From positions 1 through 24,559 of the IMG/VR virus record IMGVR_UViG_3300025880_000109: DNA of 24,559 bases; one strand, written 5' to 3'. Within the stretch, counting starts at the first letter, position 1. Every line of letters starts with the position of its first letter. The stretch comes from a virus (Duplodnaviria > Caudoviricetes). The notes under the pieces were generated by a model, which saw only the letters and a list, made by a program, of their open reading frames with translations, was not told the DNA's origin and made no database searches. A program made the position numbers and the translations under genes. Shown in pieces: positions 22,773-24,559 of the stretch.

Positions 22773-23521
22773 GTTGTTCCCTTTCTAATAGTTTGGTTAT
22801 ATTCAATTGCGGTGTTTAATATACTTAACTCTACACCTTGTCGGTTTGCACTGGTTGTGAAAGCCTTTGCATCTTTAGGGAAACAATGTCCACCAAAGCC
22901 TCGTTCTTCTGTAATTCCTGTGTGACTAGAAGTTATTCTGCTGTCGTTACCTACTACTTTTGCAACTGCTTCATAGTCTAAGTTATATGCTTGACAGTAA
23001 TCATATACTTGATTAAAGAAAGCAACCTTTGTTGCTAAAAAACTATTGCGTACTAATTTTGCTGTAATTAATGCTTCTGGGTCAGTAACTTCTATATCAA
23101 TCTTACCTAATGCTGTGATAAACACATCTGCCCAAAAGGATGTGTTGCCGCCTCCTAAATAGATTTTATCCTGTAGTTGAGCATCTGTTTTCCAATGTGC
23201 CGCACGTAAGAACTCTGGACTAAATGTTAATGGCTTGTTAGGGAATACATGCCTTAGCATATCCCACCCTTCTATTGATATTGTGCTTTTAATTAATATA
23301 GGTACATGAGGTGAATCTTCTATAACATCATACACGTTGTCCATATGACATCCTCCATGCGATCCTTCTGGAGTGCTTACGCAAACAATAATTGCATCTG
23401 CGTGTCTAAGGTCACCATAATGTTCTAGTGCAGGATCATATATAATTAAGTCGTGATAATCTTTAAGTATTAATTCATGTGCTTTGCCAACATAGCCGTA
23501 GCCTGCTATTCCTATTTTCAT
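22769..23521 (-). CDS. UDP-glucose/GDP-mannose dehydrogenase family protein lacking the C-terminal domain
   Basis: GYGYVG, CVSTP, IKST, SPEFL and GFGGHCFPKD. Start revised to MKIGI (ATGA overlap). Confidence 0.88.
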   Translation of the reverse strand: MKIGIAGYGYVGKAHELILKDYHDLIIYDPALEHYGDLRHADAIIVCVSTPEGSHGGCHMDNVYDVIEDSPHVPILIKSTISIEGWDMLRHVFPNKPLTFSPEFLRAAHWKTDAQLQDKIYLGGGNTSFWADVFITALGKIDIEVTDPEALITAKLVRNSFLATKVAFFNQVYDYCQAYNLDYEAVAKVVGNDSRITSSHTGITEERGFGGHCFPKDAKAFTTSANRQGVELSILNTAIEYNQTIRKGTT

Positions 23522-23766
23522 CCTATCATCCAATTATAAACTGCTCTCATTGCAAGTAACATATACATAAGTTCCATCATTGCTCTTGGAATGTCTTTGT
23601 CTTTGACTGCAAAGTAAATCCACATTAAACAACTGATGCAAGCCATTGCCCATCCTATCGCTTGTGTGTCAGTATTAGCATCTGACAAAACATATGCGGC
23701 GGCTATGGCTATTAGAAATCCTAACCATCTACCTTTGTCTAGTTTTTGATAGAACCTTATTTTCAT
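23518..23766 (-). CDS. Three-TM membrane protein (PnuC/SemiSWEET-like half-transporter architecture, putative)
   Basis: Three hydrophobic helices, GW....I....WI and ...YNW pattern. Confidence 0.55.
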   Translation of the reverse strand: MKIRFYQKLDKGRWLGFLIAIAAAYVLSDANTDTQAIGWAMACISCLMWIYFAVKDKDIPRAMMELMYMLLAMRAVYNWMIG

Positions 23767-23772
23767 AATACT

Positions 23773-23801
23773 ATTATACTTTCTCTACTTTATATTGTCA
23801 A
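23773..23801 (-). promoter_or_regulatory. Perfect-consensus sigma70 promoter, leaderless geometry
   Basis: TTGACA (23801-23796), N17, TATAAT (23778-23773), 6 nt, ATG. Confidence 0.88.
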
Positions 23802-23803
23802 AT

Positions 23804-23833
23804 AAAAAGGTAGTGCCGTTGCACACTACCTTT
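23804..23833 (-). terminator. Rho-independent terminator
   Basis: Minus strand AAAGGTAGTG-TGCAACGG-CACTACCTTT followed by TT. Confidence 0.85.
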
Positions 23834-23841
23834 CCAATATA

Positions 23842-24559
23842 TTAATATCCGTTTGGTACAATGACATAGTGTATCATTAACACCACGCCTACTGATGCAC
23901 CTAAGCCTATCATCATCTTGAAGAAGTCTTTGGTCACCAACGGAAACACTGTCTTAAACTTTTCCTTGCCTGTCATCGTTGCCATAGCAAGTTCTCGTCC
24001 ACACAATAAACCTACGAACACCCATGTTGTTGACATAGGTATATCGTTTAGTTCTTTAAAGAAGAATAAGATCAACCAGTACACACCATCAATGATAGTT
24101 GCTGAACGCACATATCTTGTGTTGTGTTTTTCTAGTACAATCTTTTGGATCTTACCACCGCCCTCTTTAAACATAAATGCAAGTCCTACAACAAACACAA
24201 GGCTCACTAGGATCATTAGGTCCCATGGAACTTGTCTTGGAAGGAACACGGCAATGTTAGCCATGTCATGACTGAGCCAAGTAAACCACAAGAAGCCTGT
24301 TGTTACCCATTGTGCTATTCGCCATGCTTTCTTATGTTGTTCTTTGACAGGCTTTGCTTCGTTTAGTAGTTTAGTAACTCCTATCCAAATAATGTATGCC
24401 GCGACTGCCGCGACAGCATAGCCCATCATGCTTTTCATAAGCATCTTCTCTAGTACAAATGTACTTGCAAAGGCACTTAATACTAAAAAAGAAGTACTAA
24501 CTGGTACTCCTATTCGTGTAAGTATTAATAATAGTCCTGGTGCCATTGCGTGATACCAT
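23842..24559 (-). CDS. PiT/PHO4-like inorganic phosphate transporter, 5' end outside the window
   Basis: Multi-TM protein with repeated GVPVSTS / IPMSTTW..VG motifs and SHDMAN. Frame is open to the window edge. Confidence 0.7.
   Translation of the reverse strand, partial: WYHAMAPGLLLILTRIGVPVSTSFLVLSAFASTFVLEKMLMKSMMGYAVAAVAAYIIWIGVTKLLNEAKPVKEQHKKAWRIAQWVTTGFLWFTWLSHDMANIAVFLPRQVPWDLMILVSLVFVVGLAFMFKEGGGKIQKIVLEKHNTRYVRSATIIDGVYWLILFFFKELNDIPMSTTWVFVGLLCGRELAMATMTGKEKFKTVFPLVTKDFFKMMIGLGASVGVVLMIHYVIVPNGY

Noticed and set aside
1-24559. Cellular chromosome or prophage origin
   Set aside because: Host-like genes are isolated among phage-type hypotheticals with T4-late-like promoters. No housekeeping operon structure or integrase.

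Overview
An AT-rich, densely coding fragment of a large lytic tailed phage genome, T4-like in style and probably a marine jumbo myovirus. Almost all genes are on the minus strand; only a SpeD-like gene and a lipase are on plus. Several host-derived genes point to an alphaproteobacterial host (Rhodobacterales-like is my inference): a circularly permuted two-piece tmRNA with a GGCAGUA T-loop and tag ANDNYAPEMALAA, a porin, an Nfu protein and Prs. The window holds (i) small accessory genes, an SNase-like nuclease, the porin and tmRNA; (ii) class Ia nrdA-nrdB-glutaredoxin; (iii) a beta-helix tailspike-like protein, a PD-(D/E)XK exonuclease and Nfu; (iv) a ~8.5 kb late block of mostly unannotatable proteins; (v) lipase, Prs, a truncated UDP-sugar dehydrogenase and a PiT-like transporter. 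In the late block, proteins share an N-terminal M-[KRNL]-[ILFY]-x-[ED]-[FLI] leader and L/I-x-E sites resembling T4 capsid-targeting and prohead-protease signals, and they include a KxDG ligase-like enzyme and a Pol-beta-type nucleotidyltransferase. Two promoter classes are readable (sigma70 TTGACA-N17-TATAAT, and a T4-late-like TAAATA). The strongest unannotated signals are a textbook-looking -1 ribosomal frameshift (A_AAA_AAG plus a branched RNA stimulator, 12338-12400) joining two ORFs of the late block, and a putative virion-packaged nucleotidyl-transfer/RNA-repair module alongside a phage tmRNA. Family calls come from motif recognition by eye, with no database searches.
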